Assembly: GCA_950097015.1 (NCBI GenBank)
Contig: CATNEN010000024.1
Span: forward strand, 4,960,001-5,024,000
DNA: 64,000 nucleotides
Source of the DNA: Macrostomum hystrix
Lineage: Eukaryota > Animalia > Platyhelminthes
Direction of reading: 5' to 3'
The translations under genes were made by a program, and so were the position numbers. Positions 10,988 through 25,000 of the stretch are shown one piece after another (the stretch's first letter is position 1; each line of letters begins with the position of its first letter). The notes under the pieces are model-generated. The model ran no database searches. It saw nothing but the letters and a program-made list of their open reading frames with translations, and was not told where the DNA came from.

Positions 10988-13900
10988 ATGGGTAAGTTTA
11001 GTGTCACGCTACACATCATTTGTTTTAGTATGTGTAGGCCTAATATGTAATTTTGGCCTAGGCCAAAAATGTTCTAATTATATAATTGTAAATAGCTAAG
11101 CCATATCCCTGATGTTTATTCATTTAGTTTATGTGTTTTATTGTGGCTTTACTTACATCCAAAAGCTTGTAACATTTAAAAGCTTGTATTTTTGTCACCA
11201 TTATCTTGAATCTTAGTTGCATGTCCAACCATTCTTTAAATATTGGCTGTTATACAAAATTATATATTATTTCTTGTTATATCCTGTGTTGGTCGCATTA
11301 CCGAAATGTTAATAATTGTTACTGACCATTTGGTTATGGAAAAAAATTGCAACAAGAAATACCAAAAATGAGTAACAGTTGTTACTTATGATCATGACCT
11401 ATCACTTGCAATTTTTTATTGGCTGCATATTGGCTGCATTTGGCTGCATATTTAGCTTTTTGGGTCGTCTTGCAACTTAAAGTGATGCCTACTTTCAAAG
11501 TTCTTCTCTGCTTAGTTTTTGACAAATTTGTTTGAATTAATGTTAGGTGTTTAGTGTCATTTTATAGTTCCAGTATACAAACGTCCAGCCTAGCATTTAA
11601 GTCAAATGTTTTTTTTGTTTTTTAGACATTTTGGTTCAATGTTCTGCTAAAACATTCAATTAAAATGTTTCTTCTGAGAGTAAAAGAAAGATTTTAACTC
11701 TATACTGGCCCCTGGGGCTGTTCTCTAGGATATGAGCTCACATTAACTCCATCCCTTCTTTTCTGTCAGTATTTTATAGCTAGAGGGCACTTTTACAGCA
11801 AGAATAATCAAGGATAGAGCAGAGAGAAGAGATTGGAGGTTTTACACAGGAGCAGTTGGTTTTTATCCTACATTGCCAGCGCCATAGCTATGGCATTCTC
11901 AGTCTCCTTATCAATCCTGTGCCTGCTTCCTTGCTGAGCTGTACTTTTCAGCTGGCATTTCTTCTCTGAAAATTTGGGTATTGGCCATAGTCCAGATCAT
12001 GCTAAGTGCACACCAGAAGCAAAATTCAAGAGTTTATTTTTGCATGTCAGCACATAGGAAGGCAAAAGCGATGTAAACTGGACATGAGACATAGTTTTGA
12101 ATTTATGTATCATATTAGTATTTTTTTGCCAGTTTTGGATGGTGATAGTGTATTTCATTTAAAATACATCAAACTTTATGGTATTATTATGGCAAAACCA
12201 GAAGAAAGTGTAGATTTCATTCTTTAAAAAAATAGAGTTTAGAAATATATATTTTGTATAGAAAATTGTCTTGATCTTTTAAGTTCCAAAACCTTGTTTT
12301 AATGTAAAAAAACCACACAAAAAGCAAAAAAAAACTTCCCTAAAAATTAGAAAGTGGAATTTAATAAATGCATTAACAATTTCACCAAAATTGTGTATAC
12401 CAACTTTTTTATGTTATCCTTAGGTGCATGCCCAAGCATACAGCTATATACTACATGTATTAAAATGCATGCTAAATTCATTGTGCAGTCCAAAGTGCAT
12501 GCTGGAAAATTCTGGCATGCACAATGCCTTCCTGAATATAGGGCATTGGCTCTTGCATATTTTTGCATCACTTCACTGGGTTTAAAATGATTGATTGCTG
12601 AAAATGTATTCATTTATTATTTTTTGTGTGCTATAAAATAATAGAATACTGGTTAAAAAGTAGTTTTTTATTTCTTTTTCTTGTGCAAATACTAGCCAAA
12701 AAATATCTGGCTCAGTAAACCTATTTTTGGGCCTAAGCCTGTCTATTAACAATTTGTTGAATAAAATTGCAATTCTATCATTTTATCTTGAAAATTCTGC
12801 TAATAACAAAACAATCAAAAAATATATAGACAAGAATTAACTACCAAATAAAAAGCTACAAGGGGTTTTTCAAAAGTAACAATAATTTAGTCATAACTTT
12901 TTAATAGATAAACTTTTTAACTTGAAATTTTTACCTTTGAAATCTCACATTGAAGTAATAGTCCATATTTGCATAATTACAGGGTAAAAATTTCAAGCTA
13001 AAAAGTTTATCCATTAAAAAGTTATGCCTAAATTCTTGTTACTTTTGAAACACCCCTAGTAGCAATATTTTGCTTATCAAAGTCATTGTAAATTATACCT
13101 AGGTATCCTTTTATGAGAAATATAGTTATCAACTTTTCTAATTAGTAAATTCACTAAGATTAGAAACTGTTTAAAAGTACAATCTCATAAAATGTGATTA
13201 ATTTATATTGCTAGTTCATATCAATATCAATTAACATGTATTAATTGCATTTTAGTGCATGCTGGAATTCAGTGTCCTACTCAAGGAAACAATTTTTTTC
13301 TAGGAATGTGTCTTTTAAGCTTTCTGTCAGAAGTCCAAAGATCTAGACAATAATCATTATGCTATAAGGCTTTTTAGGTTTTATTCTGTTTAAATATTGG
13401 CAGTTAGTTTCTTTCACTTTTTATCTTTACATTACATTACATTGCACTAAGTGCAGGCAGCAGTTGCAACATTTGGATTGCAATTTTCTGCTTTCTTTTA
13501 ATCTACTACAACCTCCCGATACCTCTTTCGCCTCTGACAGACGTTGATCCCTATGCCGACTACGACGACGACGATGAAATCACTCACGACTTCTGGCAGG
13601 AGGCCTGCTGGATTGTCATCTCGTCTTACTTCGACGAAAAGGGCCTGGTGCGCCAGCAGCTGGACTCATTCGACGAGTTTATCCAGATGTCCGTCCAGCG
13701 CATTGTTGAGGACACGCCAGTTATCGAACTGCAGGCTGAGGCCACCCACGCTATGGGCATACGCGAGACCCCTGACAAATACCAGGTGAAGTTTGAGCAG
13801 ATCTACCTGACCAAGCCTGCTCATTGGGAGAAGGACGGCTCCAGCGCGCCTCTGATGCCAAATTACGCTCGTCTGCGCAACCTCACCTACTGCGCACCCC

Positions 13901-16900
13901 TGTACGTCGACATCACCAAGAAGACAATCAGATCTGACGAGGAGCCCCTGGAGCAGAAGCACAGCAAAATCTTTATTGGCAAGATGCCAATTATGCTGAG
14001 GTCAACCTACTGCCTGCTCAGCGGCCTGAGCGATATCGACCTGGCCCAGTTAAACGAGTGCCCTGTGGATCCTGGCGGCTATTTCATTATCAACGGCTCA
14101 GAGAAAGTGCTCATAGCGCAGGAGAAGATGGCCACTAACACTGTGTACGTGTTTCAACAGAAGGACTCGAAATATTCCTTTAAAACTGAGATTAGATCCT
14201 ACCTGGAGCATTCCTCTAGGCCGACTTCCACTCTGTGGGTGAACATGGTGGCCAAAGGCGGCGGCACAGCTGGCAAGAAGACAAGCGTCGGCTCCAAGAT
14301 TGTCGGCATCCTGCCCTACATCAAACAGGAAATTCCAATCATTATTGTGTTCAGAGCGTTGGGCTTCGTGTCCGATCGAGACATTCTTGAGCACATTATC
14401 TACGAATTCGACGATCCGGAAATGATGGAGATGGTCAAGCCGTCTCTTGATGACGCCTTCGTCATTCAGGAGCAGAATGTGGCGCTCAATTTCATTGGCT
14501 CCCGCGGCGCCCGGCCAGGCGTAACCAAAGAGAAACGCATCGCCTATGCCAAGGACATCCTACAGAAGGAGATGCTGCCGCATGTTGGCATCAGCGATTA
14601 CTGCGAGACTCGCAAGGCCTACTTCCTGGGGTGAGATGGCCGCCATGTGCTTCATTCGGTTCAACCATAGACAGCACATCCTATCATTTGATTGAATCAT
14701 AGGCAGCATTGGGTTAGACTATGAGCTGCGCCACATCAGGTCATTGGGTTAGACTATAAGCAGCGCCACATCAGGTCATTGGGTTGGACTATGAGCAGCG
14801 CCACATCAGGTCATTGGGTTGGACTATGAGCAGCGCCACATTAGGTCATTGGGTTAGACTATGAGCGGCACCACATCAGGTCATTGGGTTAGACTACGAG
14901 CAGCGCCACATCAGGTCATTGGGTTAGACTATGAGCAGCGCCACATCAGGTCATTGGGTTAGACTATGAGCAGCGCCACATCAGGTCATTGGGTTAGACT
15001 ATGAGCAGCGCCACATCAGGTCATTGGGTTAGACCCATAGACTATAGACTAGACTAAACCTACCCCATTTCCACACCTGGCCGCAGATACATGACTCACC
15101 GCCTGCTGTTGGCCGCACTCGGCCGTCGCGAAGTTGACGATCGCGATCACTATGGCAACAAACGCCTGGACCTGGCCGGGCCCCTATTGGCCTTCCTATT
15201 TCGCGGCCTATTCCGAAATCTGGCAAAAGAGTTCCGACTGTATGCCCAGCGCCAGATTGATCGACAAAAGAATGGCGACTTCGGCGTCGAAGCAGCCGTC
15301 ATCAACACCATCATCACCGACGGCCTGCGCTATTCATTGGCTACTGGCAACTGGGGCGACCAGAAGAAGGCCCACCAGGCCCGCGCAGGCGTCTCCCAGG
15401 TGCTAAATCGCCTGACCTTCACCAGTACGCTCAGCCATCTGCGACGATTGAACTCGCCGATAGGACGCGACGGCAAACTGGCCAGGCCGCGCCAGCTGCA
15501 CAATACCCACTGGGGCATGATCTGCCCGGCTGAAACGCCTGAAGGTCAAGCGGTCGGCCTAGTGAAGAATCTGGCACTGATGGCCTACATTAGCGTGGGC
15601 TCACAGCCCAGCCCTATTCACGAATTCTTGGAGGAGTGGAGCATGGAGAATCTGGAGGAGATTGCTCCATCATCTATTGCAGAGTAAGCGTCAGTTTGTG
15701 TATTGCTTCTTTTTTAATAGTACCATGATTTTTAATAGACATTGAGGATTACAAATTTACCACATACAGTATAATACTACAGCTAGACATTCAGAATGCA
15801 CAGCAGACTGAGATTACAGCTAGACATTCAGAATGCACAGCAGACTGAGATTACAGCTAGACATTCAGAATGCACAGCAGACTGTTTGAGATTACAGCTA
15901 GACATTCAGAATGCATAGCAGACTGTTTGAGATTACAGCTAGACATTCAGAATGCACAGCAGACTGTTTGAGATTACAGCTAGACATTCAGAATGCACAG
16001 CAGACTGTTTGAGATTACAGCTAGACATTCAGAATGCATAGCAGACTGTTTGAGATTACAGCTAGACATTCAGAATGCACAGCAGACTGTTTGAGATTAC
16101 AGCTAGACATTCAGAATGCATAGCAGACTGTTTGAGATTACAGCTAGACATTCAGAATGCACAGCGGACTGTTTGAAATTACAGCTAGACATTCAGAATG
16201 CACAGCAGACTGTTTGAAATTACAGCTAGACATTCAGAATGCATAGCAGACTGTTTGAAATTACAGCTAGACATTCAGAATGCATAGCAGACTGTTTGAG
16301 ATTACAGCTAGACATTCAGAATGCACAGCGGACTGTTTGAGATTACAGCTAGACATTCAGAATGCATAGCAGACTGTTTGAGATTACAGTTAGACATTCA
16401 GAATGCATAGCAGACTGTTTGAGATTACAGCTAGACATTCAGAATGCATAGCAGACTGTTTGAAATTACAGTTAGACATTCAGAATGCATAGCAGACTGT
16501 TTGAGATTACAGCTAGACATTCAGAATGCATAGCAGACTGTTTGAGATTACAGCTAGACATTCAGAATGCACAGCGGACTGTTTGAGATTACAGCTAGAC
16601 ATTCAGAATGCACAGCAGACTGTTTGAAATTACAGCTAGACATTCAGAATGCACAGCGGACTGTTTGAAATTACAGTTAGACATTCAGAATGCATAGCAG
16701 ACTGTTTGAAATTACAGCTAGACATTCAGAATGCATAGCAGACTGTTTGAAATTACAGCTAGACATTCAGAATGCACAGCAGGCTAAGATTACCCCAACC
16801 CTTTCCACCAAACAGCGCCACGAAGATCTTCGTGAACGGCTGCTGGGTCGGAATCCACCGCAATCCGGACCAGCTCATGACCACGCTGAAGCGGCTTCGT

Positions 16901-19900
16901 CGCGAGATGGACATCATCGTCTCCGAGGTGACCATTGTGCGTGATTTTCGCGAGAAAGAGATTCGAATCTTCACAGACGCCGGCAGAATCTGTCGCCCGC
17001 TATTAATCGTTGAAAATCAGAAGCTTCTATTAAAGAAGCGTCACATTGATGAATTGCGCGAAGCTGAAGGCGGCGACGGTACTAGACGGTACGGCTGGCA
17101 GGATCTAGTCACTAGCGGTGTTGTTGAGTACATCGACACCCTGGAGGAGGAGACGGTCATGATTGCCATGACGCCAGACGATATTTCCAAATCCGGAGTG
17201 TACTGCTCCACTTACACGCATTGCGAAATTCATCCCAGCATGATTCTGGGCGTCTGCGCCTCCATCATACCGTTCCCGGATCACAACCAGAGCCCCAGGA
17301 ACACCTACCAATCTGCTATGGGCAAGCAGGCCATGGGTGTGTACATATCCAACTATCACATGCGCATGGACACCCTGGCCAATGTGCTCTACTATCCACA
17401 AAAGCCGTTAGTAACTACTCGAGCAATGGAGTACCTGCGCTTCCGCGAATTGCCAGCCGGTATTAACAGCATTGTGGCCATCGCCTCCTACACTGGCTAC
17501 AATCAGGAGGATTCCGTTGTTCTCAACGAGTCCGCCATTCATCGTGGCTTCTTCCGGTAATAAATCATTTTAATCTATTTCAGGTTCTTCCCCGCTGTAC
17601 TTTTCATAAAATTCCTCGACATGTACTTTTAAACGAGTCCTTCATGTGTAATTTTCAGCAAATCACTTATTTTAATCGAATCCCTCGCCGTTTACTGTAA
17701 TTTTTACTGAATCCTCACAAAATTTTTAACGTTAATAATTTTACCTGTATAGATATTTTTAACAAGCCTTTTTGTAAATATACATGTCTTAAAGTACGGG
17801 AAAAGAGATTAAAATGATTTCAATTTTGTTTCGTAAAAAAAACAGCTAGACATACGTGTGTAAGTTTTCCCTAAAGTGAGATTTGCCCACTCTGCTCAAA
17901 CCGCAGCTCTGAGTTCTACCGAACCTACCGCGACCAAGAGTCCAAACGGGGCCTCGACCAGGAGGAAGTGATCGAGAAGCCGCAGCGCACCGAAGTGCAG
18001 GGCATGCGGAACGCCATCTACGACAAGCTGGACGATGACGGGCTCATCGCACCCGGCGTGCGTGTCTCCGGCGACGACGTGCTGATTGGAAAGACCATCA
18101 CATTACCGGAGAATGAGGACGAGGTGAGATCCTCGAGTGGGATCTATTAGATTTGATTTCGCGTGTGTGATTGGGGAAAATGCAGATCCATCATCATGTG
18201 TGATTGGGGAAGAATCTATAGGCATAATAATGTGTGATTGGGGAAGAGTGTAGAGCCATCATCATGTGTGATTGGGGAAGAATCTATAGGCATAATAATG
18301 TGTGATTGGGGAAGAATCTATAGGCATAATAATGTGTGATTGGGGAAGAGTGTAGAGCCATCATCATGTGTGATTGGGGGAAGAATCTATAGGCATAATA
18401 ATGTGTGATTGGGGAAGAGTGTAGATCCATCATCATGTGTGATTGGGGAAGAATCTATAGGCATAATAATGTGTGATTGGGGAAGAATGTAGAGCCATCA
18501 TCATGTGTGATTGGGGAAGAATCTATAGCCATCATAATGTGTGATTGGGGAAGAATCTATAGCCATCATCATGTGTGATTGGGGAAGAATCTATAGCCAT
18601 CATAATGTGTGATTGGGGAAGAGTGTAGAGCCAGTTCCGTAAGCCTAATTCTCCCCCTGAATCCGCCACTGCAGCTGGAGGGCACCCAGCGCCGCTATAC
18701 CAAGCGAGACGCCTCGGTGTTCATGCGCCGGTCCGAGTACGGCATTGTTGACCAGGTCATGCTCACGGTGAATAACGAGGGCTACAAATTCTGCAAGGTG
18801 CGCATTCGCACCACCAAGATACCGCAGATTGGTGACAAATTCGCCAGCCGGCACGGCCAGAAGGGCACCTGCGGTATTCGCCTACAACAGCAGGACATGC
18901 CGTTCACCTGCGAAGGCATCACGCCGGATATCATCATCAATCCGCACGCTATTCCGTCTCGTATGACTGTTGGCCACCTGATTGAATGCCTACAGGGCAA
19001 GGTGTCAGCTAATAAAGGCGAGATTGGCGACGCTACACCGTTTAACGACACGGTGAATGTGCGCCGAATCTCGAAGCTGCTGTACGACTACGGCTACCAG
19101 CGTACCGGCAATGAGATTCTTTACAACGGCTTTACCGGCCGTAAACTCAACGCCCAGGTGTTTATCGGGCCTACTTATTATCAGCGACTGAAGCACATGG
19201 TCGACGACAAGATTCACTCGCGCGCCAGGGGCCCTGTGCAGATTCTGAACCGGCAGCCCATGGAGGGTCGGTCCAGGTCAGTTTTTGCTATTCTCTGTCT
19301 TCGATTATTTCATTTCTCATCGATTTTTTCTTATTTAATTCTTCCACGTACATGCACTTTACATTTAATTCGCCGCGTACTTTTCATCGAGTCTTTCATT
19401 GATTCGCCGTGTACTTTTCATCGAATCCTTCTATCATTCGCCGTGTACTTTTCATCGAATCTTTCTTTCATTCGCCGTGTACTTTTCATCGAATCCTTCT
19501 TTCATTCGCCGTGTACTTTTCATCGAATCCTTCTTTCATTCGCCGTGTACTTTTCATCGAATCCTTCTATCATTCGCCGTGTACTTTTCATCGAATCCTT
19601 CTATCATTCGCCGTGTACTTTTCATCGAATCCTTCTATCATTCGCCGTGTACTTTTCATCGAATCCTTCTATCATTCGCCGTGTACTTTTCATCGAGTCC
19701 TTCTTTCATTCGCCGTTTACTTTGCATCGAATCCTTCTATCATTCGCCGTGTACTTTTCATCGAATCCTTCTATCATTCGCCGTGTACTTTTCATCGAGT
19801 CCTTCTTTCATTCGCCGTGTACTTTTCATCGAATCCTTCATTGATTCGCATTGTACTTTTCATCGAATCCTTCTATCATTCGCCGTGTACTTTTCATCGA

Positions 19901-20454
19901 ATCCTTCTTTCATTCGCTGTGTACTTTTCATCGAATCCTTCTTTCATTCGCCGTGTACTTTTCATCGAATCCTTCTTTCATTCGCCGTGTACTTTTCATC
20001 GAATCCTTCTTTCATTCGCCGTGTACTTTTCATCGAATCCTTCTTTCATTCGCTGTGAAGTCTTTACTCAAATCATCCTTGAGTTCTTCGAATCCCGTAA
20101 TAAATCTCGTAAAAAATGGACTCCGCAAAAATATTTTCGCCCTCGCCTTCCGCCCAAATCGCTCACAGGGACGGCGGTCTCCGTTTCGGCGAGATGGAGC
20201 GCGACTGCCAGATTGCCCACGGCGCCGCCCAGTTCCTCAGAGAGCGCCTATTCCAGGTGTCCGATCCGTACCGGGTGCACGTGTGCAACCTCTGCGGCCT
20301 GATCTGCATCGCCAACCTGCGCAACAAGACCTACGAGTGTAGAGGCTGCCGCAACAAGACCCAGATAAGCCAGATCACCATTCCCTACGCCTGCAAGCTG
20401 CTGTTCCAGGAGCTCATGAGTATGAGCATCGCGCCAAGGCTTATGACCACCTGA
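10988..20454 (+). CDS. POLR2B: DNA-directed RNA polymerase II second-largest subunit
   Basis: join(10988..10991,13541..14630,15087..15683,16816..17556,17907..18123,18675..19276,20169..20454), all GT/AG and phase-compatible, 3537 nt = 1178 aa. Conserved motifs [43 protein letters not shown] and the C-terminal zinc site CNLC...CRGC. The 4-nt first exon (ATGG|gtaagt) is the least certain part. Confidence 0.97.
12859..13059. mobile_element. Tc1/mariner-like MITE in RPB2 intron 1
   Basis: About 77-nt imperfect terminal inverted repeats (12859..12935 vs 12983..13059; end CTAGGGGTGTTTCAAAAGT on the minus strand), TA on both sides (12857-58, 13060-61), no ORF. Confidence 0.75.
14700..15040. repeat. 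Intronic 35-nt minisatellite (GGTCATTGGGTTAGACTATGAGCAGCGCCACATCA)n
   Basis: RPB2 intron 2, about 9-10 copies. Confidence 0.95.
15780..16781. repeat. Intronic 41-nt minisatellite (GATTACAGCTAGACATTCAGAATGCACAGCAGACTGTTTGA)n
   Basis: RPB2 intron 3, about 24 copies, ending about 35 nt before the acceptor. Confidence 0.96.
18195..18632. repeat. Intronic 34-nt minisatellite (TGTGTGATTGGGGAAGAATCTATAGGCATAATAA)n
   Basis: RPB2 intron 5, about 13 copies with two variants. Confidence 0.95.
19360..20055. repeat. Intronic 34-nt minisatellite (TTCGCCGTGTACTTTTCATCGAATCCTTCTATCA)n
   Basis: RPB2 intron 6; source of several spurious repetitive ORFs. Confidence 0.95.
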
Positions 20455-21559
20455 CATGATCATGAGGCATTCTAGCTTGACCAATAACGCTAATACGAGC
20501 TAATAATAGGTCAGTCTTGTTGTTTGTGTTTCTAGTTCTTTAAGGCTTTATCGTTTGGAATGCCCGTGTACTATGAGTAGTATATTCGTGTTCGCTTGCT
20601 TGTGTCTGAAACTTTGCTTGTTGTTTGTAACTAACAAGAAATCACCGTGCATTTTTTTAATTTACATTTTCTGCCGTTGATCATCCGTTGAAAGTTAAAC
20701 CGTTTCCACGATTTCTAATCCTGCCTTTTGGTTGCGAAAATGGTTTTAAAACCCCTTAATAAAAATTCTGCTTCTATGCTTCTTGTTGCAGGTTTTTTTC
20801 AATAAATATACATGTATGGTACTCAGTAAATGCTATAATTCAACAACTCCCACACAAACGGGATTACAGACCGGTGGGTTTTGGCGAACGACAGAATTTT
20901 TTGTTCAGTCTTTGTTTTGGTTATTTGGTTATTTTTCGAATTGAATAATAATAAGTAGTACGCCAATACGCCATGAATGTTTGTTTGCTTTGTTATTAAC
21001 ACCGACTGATAAAAAAATGTTTTTTTACGGGTCCTGCCCTTTGCTTACCAATTTTATTTCTATTTAAGAGAGGAAAAGCGAAAAATAATAAAACGGGGGT
21101 GATTTGGCGTGCATTTCGTAGCTTTAAAACTATTTTTTTTAAATAAAATCAGTGCAAGTGCCCAGGTGGGTACAGGTGGTCTCACGAATTTCCTTTTTGC
21201 GAAGAACAATAAAACAGACAATTCGGATTTCTAATTTATAAAAATAGAATATTTCGAACCGACTCAACGAATAATATGGTATCGCTAAAGCATGCGCAGA
21301 TTTTGATTTCATACAAGCAATTTTTTGGAATTTGGACAACTCCACGCTCTGCATTTAACAGAATTCTTACTGAACCTCAATTAAACACCTGAGTGCATGC
21401 GATCGAAAAAAAAATTAATAAATCAAAACACCGAGTTTGTAAAGTGATAAATGTAACTTTGATGATGCCGCGCCTGAAGTACTAAATAATGATCTCTAGA
21501 TACTCATTGAGTAGTTTAATCGAATTATGATTTTTTATTCTATGTTATTTGAGTTCTTC

Positions 21560-21820
21560 CTATGCACGAGCACTTTGAGTCCTTCCCATGTAATTTAAGT
21601 CCTCATGTACTTTGAGTCCTTCCCATGTACTATAAGTCCTCATGTACTTTGAGTCCTTCCCATGTACTCTAAGTCCTCATGTACTTTGAGTCCTTCCTGT
21701 ATACTTTGAGTCCTTCCGGTGTACTTTGAGTCTTTTAGATGTACTTTGAGTCCTTACTAATTACTTTAAGCCCTTCCCGTGTACTCTCAGTCCTTCCCAT
21801 GTACTTTGAGTCCTTCCCAT
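21560..21820. repeat. 17/20-nt tandem repeat (CATGTACTTTGAGTCCTTCC)n
   Basis: Degenerate array between the convergent RPB2 and methyltransferase 3' ends. Confidence 0.8.
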
Positions 21821-22006
21821 GTTATTCCCGGATGTCTGAGTTAAAGCTGCCCTCTATGCATTTATATCTGTCATTTATCACAGTGAAAAGTATCTTTTTT
21901 GTAGTCCCTCAAGCTCGCAGCCAGAGAAATATCAGACTATGGCACATTAAAGAATTGCCGCACCTAAGCAACAGGCCAAGCAGAGCTCTATACTCAAACT
22001 CTCGAT

Positions 22007-25000
22007 TCACTTTGTGGCGTTGAGCATGACTACCGTGGGCTGGTCCACAATACTGTTCCAGAAGCCTGGCTCGAACATCGCCAGCCCAGCCGGCGACACC
22101 TCGGGCGGCTCGAGTCGCAGCTTGTCGGCCAAAAATCCGGCGGCCAGCAGAGCGGACCGGTAGGTGTCCCGGTGGTACCAGCGCAGCGGTATCCGGGTCT
22201 CAGTTGGGCTGGTGAACAAAACCAGCTGCATCTCGCTGCCGTCCACCGGATCTGGCGGCACCTCGTACATGCCGTTCACCTGGACGACGTGGTCCGGTGT
22301 GGGGTGGGAGCTGGCTGCTTATTCTACTACAGCACGTGTTTTTTCACTTGAATGTTAATCAATCACAGCCCGTATTTTCTGCCGCCCCGTTTTTCACACT
22401 TTTCGTTTGTCTCTTCGTGACATTTCCCTTTGTTCTCGCTTCTCTCCTTCACTCCTTCTTTCATCCTCCCCTCCTTCTCACCTCCTCCCCTCCTTCTATC
22501 CACCTCCCCTCCATCTCTCCACCTCCCCTCCTTCTCTCCACCTCCCCTCCATCTCTCCACCTCCCCTCCTTCTCTCCACCTCCCCTCCTTCTCTCCACCT
22601 CCCCTCCATCTCTCCACCTCCCCTCCTTCTATCCACCTCCCCTCCTTCTATCCACCTCCCCTCCTTCTGTCCACCTCCCCTCCTTCTATCCACCTCCTCT
22701 CCTCCTCTCCTTCCCCCTCTTTTCTCCGCCACCACCTCAAAGTTCTCCAAACATCTTTCTACCCTAATACATCTTCTCAGCATCCGCATTTCACCATCCC
22801 CCATAATTCTACCATCCTCACGCCACAATGTCCCATCCAAGTTGCTCACCTGGCGGCCGACCCTCTCTCGGCTGAAGTCCACGCCAGTGAAACAGTTGGG
22901 CAGGAAGCCGACTGCCCGACCGCCCGGCTTCAGCGCCGCGTAGATGTTGGCGCAGGTGCGCCTCAGTAGGTCGACGTTGGCGTTGAATGGCAGAAGAAAA
23001 TTGGCCACTATCAGATCGAAGCGGTTCCTAGCGTGGATGGGAGACATCGGAAGTGATGCAACATTTAGCTACTTAGTATTTATGACTAGCAATCAGCCCC
23101 CCTGCAGGTATTACGCGTAAAACGTTGCGAATTATTGCTGTGCACTTTATCGAAACCAAAACGAGAAACGCCTTGGAAAACTCTTCAGAAACCACCCTGC
23201 AACTGAATCCAAAGCATAAAGAAAGCCCAACTCAAAGCTCTTAAAACTATAATTATAGAACACGGAATGAGAAATGTCTTTGCAATTCTATTTGCCAAGG
23301 GTGCAAGAGAGATAGTAGTTTTTGAATTGCTCCATAAATTAGATGAGAAAATGTGGTATTTTACATTGCAGCCAACTCATATGCTCCAAACTAGAGTAAT
23401 TGTAGCATCAAAGGACGAACTGCCAGACACTGGAGACACACTGAGTCTCCAGACTCAAGCGCGCACTGAGCAGTGCAGGTAAGTTTGAGCCGAGAGCATG
23501 TGACTCCCCCGCTTTGTATGCGCAGCTTAACGAGTCCCACACGTTTATCTATTATAGTTCGTTGAAAGAAATAAACTTTGCTCTCTGAGAATTAGAAATT
23601 AGAAGAGCGAGATCGCCTTCTTTTCTAGACCAATCTTTCATTGGCTGCGCAGGTATAGAAATGGTCAGGTGCGAGAGATTGCTGAAAGCAGAACCAACCA
23701 ACAAAAAGGTACAAAGAATGGTAGAAAAATATATCTGGTTTAAACAGGGCAATTAATTATAACAACAACTATCGTGACCCAGTCCAACAGTTAAAGTACT
23801 CGCCAACTTAGAGGCTATGGATAGTTTCTGGATATTTCACATCGACTCAATTGATGCACTTGTAAATATTTTTCTGTGAAAATAAGTACATAAAGGCAAA
23901 ATATATATCTCAAGTAGCAGAGATAAGAGTTTGTGTTTCCAAAATATGTGAAACTTCTTCTAGCTTTGGTTATGCTTTCAACTTAAAAGCATTTTAGAAT
24001 GAGAGGACGGAGCGGACTTTTAATACAGGATTAAGATAGGGATTCGGGGCAGGATACCGGATGGGATCACAATTCGGATTCAAGATAATAAAACAAATCG
24101 ACTTCCAGGTGAGATTAAAAGAGCGATTCCGGAGAAGGATTATAACTTTGATTCCAGAATGGGATCACAATTCAGATTCCGGATTATAAATGGGATTCCA
24201 GGAATCGGATTATAAATGGGATTCCAGGAATCGGATTATAAATGGGATTCCAGGAATCAGATTATAAATGGGATTCCAGGAATCGGATTATAAATGGGAA
24301 TTCTAGGAATCGGGTTATAAATGGGATTCCAGGAATCGGATTATAAATGGGAATTCTAGGAATCGGATTATAAATGGGATTCCAGGAATCGGATAATAAA
24401 TGGAATCGGAACAGGAATCGGATTATAAATTTTGTTTATAACTGGTATTCCATGAATAGGATTGCAAATAGGATTATAAATGGGATTCCTAATAGGATTA
24501 TAAATGGGAATCCTAATAGGATTATAAATGGGATTCCTAATAGGATTATGAATGGGATTCCTAAAAGGATTGTAAATGGGATTCCTAAAAGGATTGTAAA
24601 TGGGATTCCTAAAAGGATTGTAAATGGGATTCCTAAAAGGATTGTAAATGGGATTCCTACAGATCAGATTAAGCTAGGATGCAATCAACAAAGCAATATC
24701 GGTCGCAATGGTGGCCCCACCTGTCTGGCAGCTCGGCGCAGTCCTCTACTCGGTATTCAATCAGCGGACAGTCCCGGTTGTAGGCTCGGGCCAGCACAAT
24801 AGCGTCTGCTGAAGCGTCCGTGGCAACAATGCTGTCGGGGTTGAGCTCAGCCAGACGCCGTGTGTAGCAGCCCCAGCCGCAGCCGAGGTCCAGCACCCGA
24901 CTACCCACCAAGGAGTAGCCGACGCACCTCATCAGGCTGTACTCCTCGCAGTGGACGGCGAATGGCGACGAACGCTTGAATGTCTGGTAGCGCTCGATGG

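Noticed and set aside
11250-12230. Possible decayed transposase remnants in RPB2 intron 1
   Set aside because: Only short stop-riddled peptides with no diagnostic motif.
13666-20484. Antisense and alternate-frame ORFs overlapping RPB2, dehydrogenase and transposon exons
   Set aside because: Expected shadows of GC-rich coding sequence; no independent motifs.
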